A DNA stretch of 41,059 bases from an uncultured Candidatus Bathyarchaeia archaeon (GTDB taxonomy: Archaea > Thermoproteota > Bathyarchaeia > 40CM-2-53-6). The notes under the pieces were generated by a model, which did not search any database, was not told the DNA's origin, and saw only the letters and a program-made list of their open reading frames with translations. This document shows, piece after piece, positions 26,006 to 35,872 of this stretch. The DNA is taken from the NCBI GenBank assembly GCA_964353625.1, contig CAYGWT010000078.1, forward strand, positions 1-41,059, read 5' to 3'. How positions within the stretch are numbered: position 1 is the first letter of the stretch; every line of letters begins with the position of its first letter. Both the position numbers and the translations under genes were made by a program.

Positions 26006-29000
26006 ATGTGGGGACTGATCAAGGAATTCTTCCGCGAGAAGGGCCTTGTCAGGCAGCACATCGATTCATACAACGAATTTATTGAAACAGGATTGCAGGC
26101 GATCATAGACGAGGTCGGATCAATCCCAATAGAAATCGAAGAGTATCCGTTGAAGATCAAGCTCGGGAAGATTGAGATCGGCACACCTAGGGTAACAGAG
26201 GTTGATGGATCTGAAAGATCCATTTATCCTACGGAAGCTCGGATACGCAATCTCACATATGCCGCGCCATTGCACCTTGAAATGACGCCTGTAATCGGGG
26301 AACGTGAAGGCCAGACAGAGATCGTCTACATGGGGGACTTTCCCGTCATGCTCCGTTCGAAGATATGCCCTCTCTCGAGGCTGACTCTCGATGAGATGAC
26401 CAATATCGGCGAGGATTCCATTGATCCTGGCGGATACTTCATCGTCAATGGTGCTGAACGTGTGGTGGTTGCACTTGAGGATCTGGCAGCGAACAAGATC
26501 CTCATTGACACAGAGAAAACGGGAGTCAACCCCGTCTACAAGGCCAAGATTTTCTCTACAACCTTAGGTTTCCGGGCAAGAACTGAAGTCACCATGAAGT
26601 CCGACGGCGCGATCTTTATCATGGTCCCGGGGGTGCCAGCGGAGATTCCTTTAGTCGTGCTCATGAAAGCGCTTGGCATTCAGGAAGACCTGAAGATCGC
26701 CGAGCTGATCTCTGATGATGAGATCATCCAGAACCAATTGGAAGGTTCATTCGAGAAAGCGCAGGGCATCCTTTCGGTGAAGGATGCACTCCTATATGTT
26801 GGTAACCGTCTCGCGCCCGGACAGGTTGAGGATTACCGTGCCAAGAAGGCTGAAACGGTTGTCGATCGTAACTTTCTTCCACATATCGGGCGAACGCCAG
26901 CCGAAAGGAAAGAGAAAGCGTATTTCCTAGCCGAGATCACAACAAGGATTATTGAGCTGAAGCTTGGCAGGCGGGGCCCAGACGACAAGGATCACTACGC
27001 GAACAAGCGACTCAAGCTTGCAGGAACCTTGATGGGCGACCTCTTCAGGATCACATTTCGAAATCTTATCCGTGATTTGAAATATCAACTTGAGCGCATC
27101 ACGATCAGAAGACACCAGGAACTTTCGATTACGAACGCAATTAGGCCTGGCATAATCAGTGAACGAATACAGCACGCGGTTTCGACAGGCAACTGGGTTC
27201 GAGGAAGGGTTGGGGTAACACAACTTCTCGATCGAACGAACTATTCCGCGACATTAAGCCACCTGAGGCGGCTTCAATCTCCCTTGAGCAGAAGCCAACC
27301 CAACTTGGAGGCGCGCGATCTGCATGCGACGCATTGGGGCAGACTATGCCCGAATGAAACCCCTGAAGGATCGAATTGCGGTCTCGTGAAGAACTTAGCA
27401 TTATCCTCCATCCTGTCAACAGGGGTCGACTCAAGAGAGTTCGTGCTCAAGCTACGAATGATAGGGGTCGTACCAATTGGGGAAACGGAGAGCAAGTCAG
27501 CAACTCCGAGTGTCATCGTCATAGTTGACGGTCTAATTGCAGGCGTCACGCGGGCACCTAACGAGCTTGTGCAGGAACTAATACGTATGCGTCGCGCCGG
27601 CGAAATCAGCTCCGAAGTGAACGCCGCGTATTTCCCTCCAGAAAGAGAGAACGTGCGGGGATGCATCTACGTGAATTGTGACGGCGGCAGAGTGCGGAGA
27701 CCGCTAATCATAGTGGAAGATGGCGTTCCGAAACTGACGCGGGAGCATGTAGAAACCATTCAGAGACGCGAAATGCGTTGGGAGGAACTCGTTGAGAAAG
27801 GAGTCATAGAATACCTAGACTCCGACGAGGAGGAGAGTGCTCTCGTGGCGCTCGACCTTTCCAAGGTCTCGAAGGATACCACACATCTAGAGCTTGCTTC
27901 TTACACGATGCTGGGCATCTGCGCTTCAGTAATCCCGTATTCTGAGCACAACCAGTCTCCAAGGAACGCCTACGAGTCAGCCATGGCGAAACAAGCGCTT
28001 GGAGTTTCCTGCACCAACTTCTTCAACCGAACCGATTCTAGATCACATCTACTACACTACCCGCAGATGCCTCTCGTTAGGACGAAACCAATGGAAGTCA
28101 TTAACTACGATGACAGGCCTGCAGGTCAGAACTGTGTTTTGGCCGTACTTTCGTTCCAAGGCTACAATATGGAAGACGCCGTAGTCTTCAACCGATCATC
28201 TGTGGATCGTGGGTTTGGCCGTTCTACATTCTTCCGAATCTACGAAGGTGAATGTAGACAGTACCTCGGGGGGCTCCGCGACAAGTTCGAAATCCCAGAA
28301 GCAGGGACTAGAGGATACAGAGGTGACCGATACTATCGCTTTCTTGAGGAAGATGGAATTATCTCGGCTGAGGCGGACGTGAGCGGAAACACAGTTCTTG
28401 TAGGCAGAACAAGTCCCCCTAGATTCTTAGAAGAGTACCGTGAATTTGAAGTTAAAGGACCCACAAAACGTGACTCATCTGTAGGAATGCGCCCTTCAGA
28501 GGTCGGAGTAGTCGACACCATTTTCGTTACTGAATCAATCGAAGGCAGTAAGCTCGTGAAGGTGAAAGTCAGAGACACACGTGTTCCAGAACTTGGGGAC
28601 AAGTTCGCCTCAAGGCACGGGCAGAAAGGCGTCATCGGCCTCCTTGTTCCACAGCAAGACATGCCCTTCACCCAGGATGGCGTCGTCCCAGATGTCATCA
28701 TCAACCCTCATGCATTCCCATCCCGTATGACAATCGGACAATTCGTGGAATCCTTAGCTGGCAAAGTCGCTTCGTTGAGAGGGGAACCAGTTGACGGAAC
28801 TCCTTTCAGTAACGAACGCCCAGAGCAACTTCGCGATACCTTGCTGAAGCTTGGGTTCACTCAAAGCGGAAGCGAAGTTTTCTACAACGGCATCGACGGA
28901 AAGAAGTTCGTAGCCGATGTGTATGTTGGAGTCATATACTATCAGAAACTTCACCACATGGTTGCAGACAAGATGCACGCACGGGCACGCGGTCAAGTAC

Positions 29001-29332
29001 AGATGCTGACACGACAGCCCACCGAAGGAAGGGCCCGAGGAGGAGGCCTAAGATTCGGGGAGATGGAACGCGACTGTCTAATCGGGCACGGAGCGTCTGC
29101 GCTGCTTAGAGACAGACTCCTCGAAGAATCTGACAAGTACACCGTCATGGTTTGTGAAGTATGCGGCTTGCTCGGTTACCATGATATCAAACAGAACAAG
29201 TACGTGTGCCGTATCTGCGGCGAGCGGGCAGTAATCTCCCCCGTCGCACTTTCCTACGCCTTCAAACTACTCCTCCAAGAATTGATGGCGCTCGGTGTGG
29301 CTCCCAGACTTAACATTTCGGAGCGTGCATAA
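26006..29332 (+). CDS. rpoB: DNA-directed RNA polymerase subunit B (unsplit)
   Basis: About 1108 aa from ATG 26006, which is 7 nt after the rpoH stop. GLVRQHIDSYNEF N-terminus, FASRHGQKGV, GEMERDC and a C-terminal zinc ribbon CEVCG...CRICG. One continuous ORF. Confidence 0.95.
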   Translation: MWGLIKEFFREKGLVRQHIDSYNEFIETGLQAIIDEVGSIPIEIEEYPLKIKLGKIEIGTPRVTEVDGSERSIYPTEARIRNLTYAAPLHLEMTPVIGEREGQTEIVYMGDFPVMLRSKICPLSRLTLDEMTNIGEDSIDPGGYFIVNGAERVVVALEDLAANKILIDTEKTGVNPVYKAKIFSTTLGFRARTEVTMKSDGAIFIMVPGVPAEIPLVVLMKALGIQEDLKIAELISDDEIIQNQLEGSFEKAQGILSVKDALLYVGNRLAPGQVEDYRAKKAETVVDRNFLPHIGRTPAERKEKAYFLAEITTRIIELKLGRRGPDDKDHYANKRLKLAGTLMGDLFRITFRNLIRDLKYQLERITIRRHQELSITNAIRPGIISERIQHAVSTGNWVRGRVGVTQLLDRTNYSATLSHLRRLQSPLSRSQPNLEARDLHATHWGRLCPNETPEGSNCGLVKNLALSSILSTGVDSREFVLKLRMIGVVPIGETESKSATPSVIVIVDGLIAGVTRAPNELVQELIRMRRAGEISSEVNAAYFPPERENVRGCIYVNCDGGRVRRPLIIVEDGVPKLTREHVETIQRREMRWEELVEKGVIEYLDSDEEESALVALDLSKVSKDTTHLELASYTMLGICASVIPYSEHNQSPRNAYESAMAKQALGVSCTNFFNRTDSRSHLLHYPQMPLVRTKPMEVINYDDRPAGQNCVLAVLSFQGYNMEDAVVFNRSSVDRGFGRSTFFRIYEGECRQYLGGLRDKFEIPEAGTRGYRGDRYYRFLEEDGIISAEADVSGNTVLVGRTSPPRFLEEYREFEVKGPTKRDSSVGMRPSEVGVVDTIFVTESIEGSKLVKVKVRDTRVPELGDKFASRHGQKGVIGLLVPQQDMPFTQDGVVPDVIINPHAFPSRMTIGQFVESLAGKVASLRGEPVDGTPFSNERPEQLRDTLLKLGFTQSGSEVFYNGIDGKKFVADVYVGVIYYQKLHHMVADKMHARARGQVQMLTRQPTEGRARGGGLRFGEMERDCLIGHGASALLRDRLLEESDKYTVMVCEVCGLLGYHDIKQNKYVCRICGERAVISPVALSYAFKLLLQELMALGVAPRLNISERA

Positions 29333-29333
29333 G

Positions 29334-32300
29334 ATGGCGATGTTGGAAGAAGCAACTAAAATCATCGGCAGCATCAGGTTCTCACTTCTCTCCCCGAATG
29401 AAATACGTCGTCTGTCAGCAGTTGAAGTCCAGACAGCGGACACATACGACGAAGACGGCGTCCCCATAGTATCAGGTCTAATGGACGGAAGACTGGGAAC
29501 ACTCGAACCTAGGCAGAAGTGCAAGACCTGCGGAAACACGGCTGTAAGCTGCCCAGGTCACTCCGGGCACATAGAACTTGCGGAGCCTGCGGTCCATGTG
29601 GCCTTTGCCAAACTCATACACAAACTCCTGTCCATCACATGTCGCAACTGCGGCAGGATCCTCATGTCGAATGAAAAGATTGAGAACTACAACGCAAGGA
29701 TAGCGGAAGAAAAGATACGCCTCAACGAGGTGCCCACGACTTTCTTCGACGCTATTATGAAGGACGCGAAGAAAGTTCAAGAGTGTCCACACTGCGGAAC
29801 GCGACAACACACAATCGAACATCAGAAACCCACAACATTCATAGACGAGACCGGGGCCCGGCTCACGCCCAGCGCAATCAGAGAAATGCTTGAACGTATT
29901 CCTGATGATGATCTCCGCATTGTGGGTATGGATCCAACCGCTGCAAGACCTGAATGGACGGTCCTGCAGGTCCTGCCCGTCCCGCCAGTTACGGTGCGAC
30001 CATCTATTACACTCGAGTCAGGCATTCGATCAGAAGACGATCTGACTCACAAACTCGTTGACATAATTCGAATCAACCAGAAGCTGCATGAAGCACTCGA
30101 ATCCGGCGTTCCAGTTAACATCATTCAAGAACTACATGACCTGCTTCAGTATCATGTTACTACGTACTTTGATAATGAGGTTTCCGGCCTACCGCCTGCT
30201 CGTCACCGATCAGGAAGAGCGTTGAGAACGATCTGTCAACGATTAAAAGGCAAGGAAGGCAGGTTCCGAGGCAACCTGTCTGGAAAGCGAGTTGACTTCT
30301 CAGCTAGGACTGTAATTTCTCCTGACCCTAACATAGACATCAGCGAGGTAGGCGTTCCAGTTGACATAGCAGCACGACTAACTATTCCAGAACGTGTTAC
30401 ACAATGGAACATCGAAGAGATGAAACGGCTCATCAGAAACGGCCCTGACCAGTACCCAGGCGCTCTCTATATCGTGCGCCCGGACCAAAGGCGAGTCAGA
30501 CTAGAGTTCGTTACCGAACGAGATAGTCTCGCAGACGCAATCGAATCAGGTTTCGTCGTCGAACGCCACATCAGAGATGGGGATATTGTGCTCTTCAATA
30601 GACAACCCTCACTTCACAGAATGTCAATCATGGCCCACACAGTTAGAGTACTTCCATACAAGACCTTCAGACTGAACCCATGCGTCTGCCCACCATACAA
30701 CGCGGACTTTGACGGCGATGAGATGAACCTGCATGTACCGCAGGGTGAGGAAGCGAGAACCGAAGCAAGGCTTCTCATGCAAGTACAAGATCAGATACTC
30801 TCTCCTCGCTACGGAGGACCAATCATCGGTGCTAAGACGGATCTTATCAGCGCAGCCTATCTGCTCACCCGCAAATCCACAGTCCTCACAAAAGATGAGG
30901 TTTGTAGGCTCCTTGCAGCTGCCGGGTACACGGGCGAAGTTCCCGAGCCAGCGATCAAGCGTCCTGTCGAACTTTGGACCGGGAAACAGATCTTCAGCCT
31001 CTTCCTGCCGAAGGGTTTCAGCTTCACCACCAGATCCAGCATGGTGACAAAGGACGACAAAGAACACGTCATAATACGTAACGGCATACTTGAAGAAGGA
31101 GTCATCGACAAGAACTCGATCGGCGCCGAACGCTCGGAGACGCTCTTCCACCGAATTGTGAAGGATCAAGGATCTGAGACCGGGCGTCAGTTTCTCAATC
31201 ACCTCGCGAAGTTGCTAGACCGTTTCGTTTTGATGAAAGGCTTCTCATACTCAATCAAGGAACTTGACGTACTTCCGAGTGTCAAGGAAAAGATTGACAA
31301 GGGCATAAGGAAAGCCGAAGAGCGTGTCTACACACTTATCGAGAGCTACAACCAAGGAACTCTTGAACGGCTGCCGGGCCAATCCCTTGCGGAATCACTC
31401 GAGATTCGAATAATGGACGAACTCTCCAAAGCTCGTGACGGTGCTGGCGCGTATGCCGACGCGAACTTGGACGAAAGAAACAGCGGCGTAATCATGACTA
31501 GAACAGGAGCAAGAGGTTCGTCGCTAAACATTGCACAGATGATAGCATGCGTGGGTCAGCAATCAATTCGTGGTCAAAGAATCCGCAGAGGATACAGAGA
31601 CAGAGTGCTGTCATTCTTCCGACCTGGAGACGCAGGTCCTGAAGCAAAAGGGTTCGTTTACGCCTCGTATCGTGACGGTCTCAACCCGATCGAGTTCTTC
31701 TTCCATGCAATGGGTGGACGTGAAGGACTAGTGGACACTGCGGTCAGGACCCAACAAAGCGGATACATGCAAAGAAGACTGATCAATGCACTCGAACATC
31801 TCAGAGTGGAATACGACTCAACCGTGAGGGACTCGCGAGGAGACATCATTCAATTCAGATACGGGGAAGACGGTGTGGACACTGCGAAAAGCGATCATGG
31901 CAAGGCAGTAAACTCTGAACGCCTAATCGAACGTGTACGGCTCACCGCGGAAAAAGGCGCGAAGGCCACCAACAAGTACGTCGAAACTAAGGTTCGAGAA
32001 GTGACCGACCGACTTTCTCCCCTCCTAGCAGATGAGTTGAAGCGAGATCTCCTGAAGGCTAAAATGTCACGGCGCGGCGTCGACGAAGTCGTTGGCCAAG
32101 CCGTCGAAAACTACGGCAGATCGCTCATCGAACCCGGTGAAGCTGCAGGAATTGTATCAGCTCAATCCATTGGAGAGCCTGGCACGCAGATGACACTGAG
32201 AACCTTCCACTTTGCAGGTGTGAGGGAGCAGAACGTCACCCTTGGCCTTCCTAGACTGATCGAGATTGTCGACGCAAGGAAGATCCCGTCGACGCCGACG

Positions 32301-33119
32301 ATGACGGTGTTCCTTGACGAGAAACATAGGACGAGCAAGGAGAAGGCCGAGGACGTCGCCACCCTCCTCACGCACACTACACTCGCAGACATCGCCTCTA
32401 GTATCGAGTCAGACATAACTAGGATGAGGATCGTGGTTAAACTTGACACTGCAGCTATGCGCGAGAAGTCCGTCACGATGAAAGACATGAAATCAGCGAT
32501 CCAAGTACCTCGAGGAGAAACGAAGATCGAAAAAGACGAAGTAGAAATTACCGCTCAGGACATGGACATTCCACAGTTCAGGCGTCTCGAGTCCCGTGTC
32601 GCCGGAATGCACGTGAAAGGAATCCCCGCGGTGAAGCGAGCTCTTGTCATGGAGGAAAACCACGAGTGGATCATCAGAACGGAGGGATCGAACCTCGAAC
32701 TTGCACTCACGACGCCGGGTATCGATCCGACCAGAACAGTATCCAACAACATGCACGAGGTGGCGGCCGTGCTCGGAATCGAAGCAGCGCGCAACGTAAT
32801 AGTCAAAGAGGCGAAAGCCGTCCTCGAAGAGCAAGGTCTTGACGTCGACATAAGACATGTGATGCTCGTCGCAGATGCGATGACCGCGTCGGGCGAAGTC
32901 CTTCAAGTAGGTAGGCATGGTGTAAGCGGCGAGAAATCGAGCACACTTGCGAAAGCAGCCTTTGAGATCACGATCCCAACGATCGTCGACGCGGCCGTTC
33001 GCGGAACAAAGGATCACCTGCGTGGAGTCGCGGAAAACGTGATAGTCGGACAACAGGTGCCAATGGGTACAGGCCTCATCGAGGTTTTCATGGCAATGTC
33101 CGAGAGGAGGGAGAAATAG
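29334..33119 (+). CDS. rpoA: DNA-directed RNA polymerase subunit A, with A' and A'' portions in one ORF
   Basis: ATG 29334 lies 1 nt after the rpoB stop. N-terminal zinc motifs and catalytic NADFDGDEMN belong to A'. The ORF then continues without a stop through ...FRYGEDGVD... into the A'' hallmark LIEPGEAAGIVSAQSIGEPGTQMTLRTFHFAGV (near 32120). Confidence 0.92.
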   Translation: MAMLEEATKIIGSIRFSLLSPNEIRRLSAVEVQTADTYDEDGVPIVSGLMDGRLGTLEPRQKCKTCGNTAVSCPGHSGHIELAEPAVHVAFAKLIHKLLSITCRNCGRILMSNEKIENYNARIAEEKIRLNEVPTTFFDAIMKDAKKVQECPHCGTRQHTIEHQKPTTFIDETGARLTPSAIREMLERIPDDDLRIVGMDPTAARPEWTVLQVLPVPPVTVRPSITLESGIRSEDDLTHKLVDIIRINQKLHEALESGVPVNIIQELHDLLQYHVTTYFDNEVSGLPPARHRSGRALRTICQRLKGKEGRFRGNLSGKRVDFSARTVISPDPNIDISEVGVPVDIAARLTIPERVTQWNIEEMKRLIRNGPDQYPGALYIVRPDQRRVRLEFVTERDSLADAIESGFVVERHIRDGDIVLFNRQPSLHRMSIMAHTVRVLPYKTFRLNPCVCPPYNADFDGDEMNLHVPQGEEARTEARLLMQVQDQILSPRYGGPIIGAKTDLISAAYLLTRKSTVLTKDEVCRLLAAAGYTGEVPEPAIKRPVELWTGKQIFSLFLPKGFSFTTRSSMVTKDDKEHVIIRNGILEEGVIDKNSIGAERSETLFHRIVKDQGSETGRQFLNHLAKLLDRFVLMKGFSYSIKELDVLPSVKEKIDKGIRKAEERVYTLIESYNQGTLERLPGQSLAESLEIRIMDELSKARDGAGAYADANLDERNSGVIMTRTGARGSSLNIAQMIACVGQQSIRGQRIRRGYRDRVLSFFRPGDAGPEAKGFVYASYRDGLNPIEFFFHAMGGREGLVDTAVRTQQSGYMQRRLINALEHLRVEYDSTVRDSRGDIIQFRYGEDGVDTAKSDHGKAVNSERLIERVRLTAEKGAKATNKYVETKVREVTDRLSPLLADELKRDLLKAKMSRRGVDEVVGQAVENYGRSLIEPGEAAGIVSAQSIGEPGTQMTLRTFHFAGVREQNVTLGLPRLIEIVDARKIPSTPTMTVFLDEKHRTSKEKAEDVATLLTHTTLADIASSIESDITRMRIVVKLDTAAMREKSVTMKDMKSAIQVPRGETKIEKDEVEITAQDMDIPQFRRLESRVAGMHVKGIPAVKRALVMEENHEWIIRTEGSNLELALTTPGIDPTRTVSNNMHEVAAVLGIEAARNVIVKEAKAVLEEQGLDVDIRHVMLVADAMTASGEVLQVGRHGVSGEKSSTLAKAAFEITIPTIVDAAVRGTKDHLRGVAENVIVGQQVPMGTGLIEVFMAMSERREK

Positions 33120-33418
33120 TGGACCTTAACAAACAGATCAACATGGCCGTCAAAACCGGGAAGATTAAGCTAGGCTGCAGTGAGGCAACAGATGCTGCCA
33201 AGACAGGAAAGGCACGTCTGATCATCATCGCCTCAAACTGTCCTGAGCCACAGAAATCTAGCATACTCTACAACGCAAAGCTCTCGGAGGTTCCCGTATA
33301 CGTCTACTCGGGCACCAGCATGGACTTGAGCGCTGCATGTGAAAAGCCATTTCTAGTCGCCGCTCTTACAGTGAAGGAACCCGGAGACTCTGAAATCCTA
33401 AAGTTGGCTGAAAGCTGA
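33119..33418 (+). CDS. rpl30e: 50S ribosomal protein eL30
   Basis: 99 aa. KTGKIKLGCSEATDAAKTGKARLIIIASNCPE. The GTG start overlaps the rpoA stop. Canonical position after rpoA. Confidence 0.88.
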   Translation: MDLNKQINMAVKTGKIKLGCSEATDAAKTGKARLIIIASNCPEPQKSSILYNAKLSEVPVYVYSGTSMDLSAACEKPFLVAALTVKEPGDSEILKLAES

Positions 33419-33420
33419 AG

Positions 33421-33858
33421 ATGTCCTCAACAAAGATCCGCTTAGGCAGCGATGAGATACGTTACATTGCCCTGTTTGAGAACATAACCGGCGCAACCGC
33501 AAATGACTGCCTAATCGACTCCTCAAGCGACCGGATCATATTCATTGCCAAACCAGGACAGATGGGTCTGGCGATCGGAAAGGCAGGGAAGAACATCAAC
33601 ACCCTCCGGAGAATGACCGGCAAACCAGTGGAAGTCGTTGAGGCGTCGGACAGCGTAGAGGGTTTGATAAGGAACTCTCTCGCGCCGGCGAAGATCAAAG
33701 AGATCCGAGTCACCGAACGTCCTGACAAGAAGATAGTGGTCGTAGAAGTTGACCCAAGAGACAAAGCCTTAGCAATCGGAAAGAACGGCAGAACAATCGA
33801 TAAGACTCGCATACTAGCCAAGAGATACTTCCAAGTCGATCACGTGCAAGTCGTCTAG
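33421..33858 (+). CDS. nusA: Archaeal NusA-like transcription termination/antitermination protein (two KH domains)
   Basis: IALFENITGA, KPGQMGLAIGKAGKNINTLRRMTGKPVEVVE and a second KH motif ALAIGKNGRTIDK. Confidence 0.88.
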   Translation: MSSTKIRLGSDEIRYIALFENITGATANDCLIDSSSDRIIFIAKPGQMGLAIGKAGKNINTLRRMTGKPVEVVEASDSVEGLIRNSLAPAKIKEIRVTERPDKKIVVVEVDPRDKALAIGKNGRTIDKTRILAKRYFQVDHVQVV

Positions 33859-34020
33859 GAAGAGAAATGGGCAGCCCCATCGACAAATGGGAGGATGTTG
33901 CAGCGAGCATTCTACAAATAGAATGCCAGCACACTATCCACATGATCTTGACAGCCACGATCACCCCTGCCACCGGTTGCCTCTTTCGAAGATGCTCATG
34001 GCTACGAAGAGTATCAGATG

Positions 34021-34932
34021 TCAAAGGCCCAACTGGCGCATCACGGATGCGACAATAATCATGTCCGCTATCTCAGCAGACGCCCCGTCGATTATCATAT
34101 GATCTAATCTTCCTCCACGCATGACTGGGAAGTGCACGTAAGGAACGTAGTATTGCACCAACTCTTCGATATGGAAGCTGTTGCCTAGGATCTGCTTGGA
34201 TGTTTCCGGCATTCTGACAAGTCTTTCTTGGAATCTCTGCAAGACTGTCTCCTTGGTGTCCTTCGACGTAGCGATTCTTGCTATCGTTCCTTCGACATTT
34301 AGATGCGTGATATCGAATACTCGTTGGGTCTTCCATGCACGAGGTAGTGCCTCATCTAGCGCATCTCTTTCTCGTCCGTCAGAGGTCACGTACATCTCAG
34401 CCTCCTTCTGCTCCACCGCTAGTTCGGTCACATGGCTGAGATTGAAGTATCTGCGCTCACCCGTAAGAAACCTAGAGAATCGTTTCAGTGTGCGCTTGAA
34501 CGTTTCTGGGATGAGATTCGTTTCTTGCTCCTCTATCATGAGGTCGCGCGTCTCTCCATCCACCTCTACCGCAACTACATCTTTATCCACTCTAATCTGG
34601 TAGTTTGTTTCCCTTAGATAGACGCACTCATGGTGCCCCTTCACATACCATAAAGGGAAATAGACTACAGTAGGGGCTCCAGCGAGCCTCGATATTGCAG
34701 ATGCCGGTCTGAAGGAGTCCGCCACACGCTGCAAAATTCCCGGTCTAATCGCTCTCCTTACGAGCCTATCAAGCGGCTGCGCAACGACTCTCATTCTAGT
34801 CTCGACAATCTTCGAAGGATCCCAACCGTTTCCCTCACGCAAACCGGGCATTTCTTCGGCCAACTTGTCGAGTGTGTCCAGCTTCTCGAGCCTAGAGGCT
34901 ATCTGACCTCGGATGTCTTCGCGCCCGGCCAA
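34021..34932 (-). CDS. Hypothetical protein, 303 aa, no recognised domain
   Basis: Long uninterrupted ORF with a plausible amino-acid composition and no TM segments. The N-terminal charged helical region (RLEKLDTLDKLAEE) matches no motif I can assign. Confidence 0.55.
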   Translation of the reverse strand: MAGREDIRGQIASRLEKLDTLDKLAEEMPGLREGNGWDPSKIVETRMRVVAQPLDRLVRRAIRPGILQRVADSFRPASAISRLAGAPTVVYFPLWYVKGHHECVYLRETNYQIRVDKDVVAVEVDGETRDLMIEEQETNLIPETFKRTLKRFSRFLTGERRYFNLSHVTELAVEQKEAEMYVTSDGRERDALDEALPRAWKTQRVFDITHLNVEGTIARIATSKDTKETVLQRFQERLVRMPETSKQILGNSFHIEELVQYYVPYVHFPVMRGGRLDHMIIDGASAEIADMIIVASVMRQLGL

Positions 34933-35133
34933 ACGAACTGTCCTCCATTATTGATTTAGGATTCGAAATCTCAGATTGCTATGCGATCAGATGTAGTACC
35001 CAGAGATAAGTCTGCCACAGACAAACCCGTGAGTTCGCCTGGCCGTTCTCATTTCACGCTCAGGATACTGGAATTTTCGTCGTTGTTAGGCACTCAAAAA
35101 TAGCCGATAAGATGAGCATGATTCTCGAGGGAG

Positions 35134-35871
35134 ATGATGGTTCGCGATTCGGAACCTCGCTTCGTGTTCATCCACGGCGCAGGGGGAACCCATAGAGTCT
35201 GGCGTTATCAGACATCCGCATTTCCGAGCAGTATAGCGTTAGACTTACCCGGCCATCCAATAGGGAAAGGATACAGTACAATCTCGGAATATGCCCAGTT
35301 TGTGACCCAGGTGATTGAGGAACGAGAACTTGGCCAAGCGATACTGGTGGGTCACTCGATGGGCGGTGCGATTACGATCGAGATCGCTCTTGCTCATCCG
35401 AAGTTCCTCATTGGAATCGTGCTCATCGGTTCGGGCGCCCGGTTGCGAGTGGCTCCCATCATCAAAGACGAAGTGAAGCGTGACTACATGCATGCGGCAG
35501 AAGTGATTGCCGAGTGGGCCTACTCTCCGAAGAGTGATGCGAAGCTCAGGAAGGGCGCGGTTCAAGAGCTGCTGGGGGTACCGGCCGAGGTAACGTATGG
35601 TGACTTTCAGGCCTGTGATCATTTCGACAGGATGAATGAGATCGGTGGCATCGATTTGCCTACTATGGTTGTGTGCGGAGAAGATGATCTGCTCACGCCA
35701 GTCAAGTATTCGCAGTATCTTAAAGAGAAAATTAGAGATGCTCTGAGCGTAGTCATTCCCGATGCAGGTCACTCAGTCATGCTAGAGAAACCAGGAGAAC
35801 TCAACCATGCACTGCGATCATTTCGAGCAAAGCTTTACAGTCATTCCGAATTCTCCGACCGAATTCCCTAG
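35134..35871 (+). CDS. Alpha/beta-fold hydrolase
   Basis: FVFIHGAGG, nucleophile elbow GHSMGG and C-terminal DAGHSVMLEKP. Confidence 0.8.
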   Translation: MMVRDSEPRFVFIHGAGGTHRVWRYQTSAFPSSIALDLPGHPIGKGYSTISEYAQFVTQVIEERELGQAILVGHSMGGAITIEIALAHPKFLIGIVLIGSGARLRVAPIIKDEVKRDYMHAAEVIAEWAYSPKSDAKLRKGAVQELLGVPAEVTYGDFQACDHFDRMNEIGGIDLPTMVVCGEDDLLTPVKYSQYLKEKIRDALSVVIPDAGHSVMLEKPGELNHALRSFRAKLYSHSEFSDRIP

Positions 35872-35872
35872 C

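Noticed and set aside
30624-33053. Long antisense ORFs inside rpoA (30624-31202, 32493-33053). Similar shadow ORFs occur inside ppsA (3369-3917), nuoB (20854-21375), the membrane protein gene (19153-19587), the SRPBCC gene (19784-20227), the hydrolase gene (35245-35772) and the RNR-like gene (38881-39477).
   Set aside because: Each lies opposite a gene with strong motif support and has an Arg/Ser-rich, motif-free translation. These are typical shadow ORFs.
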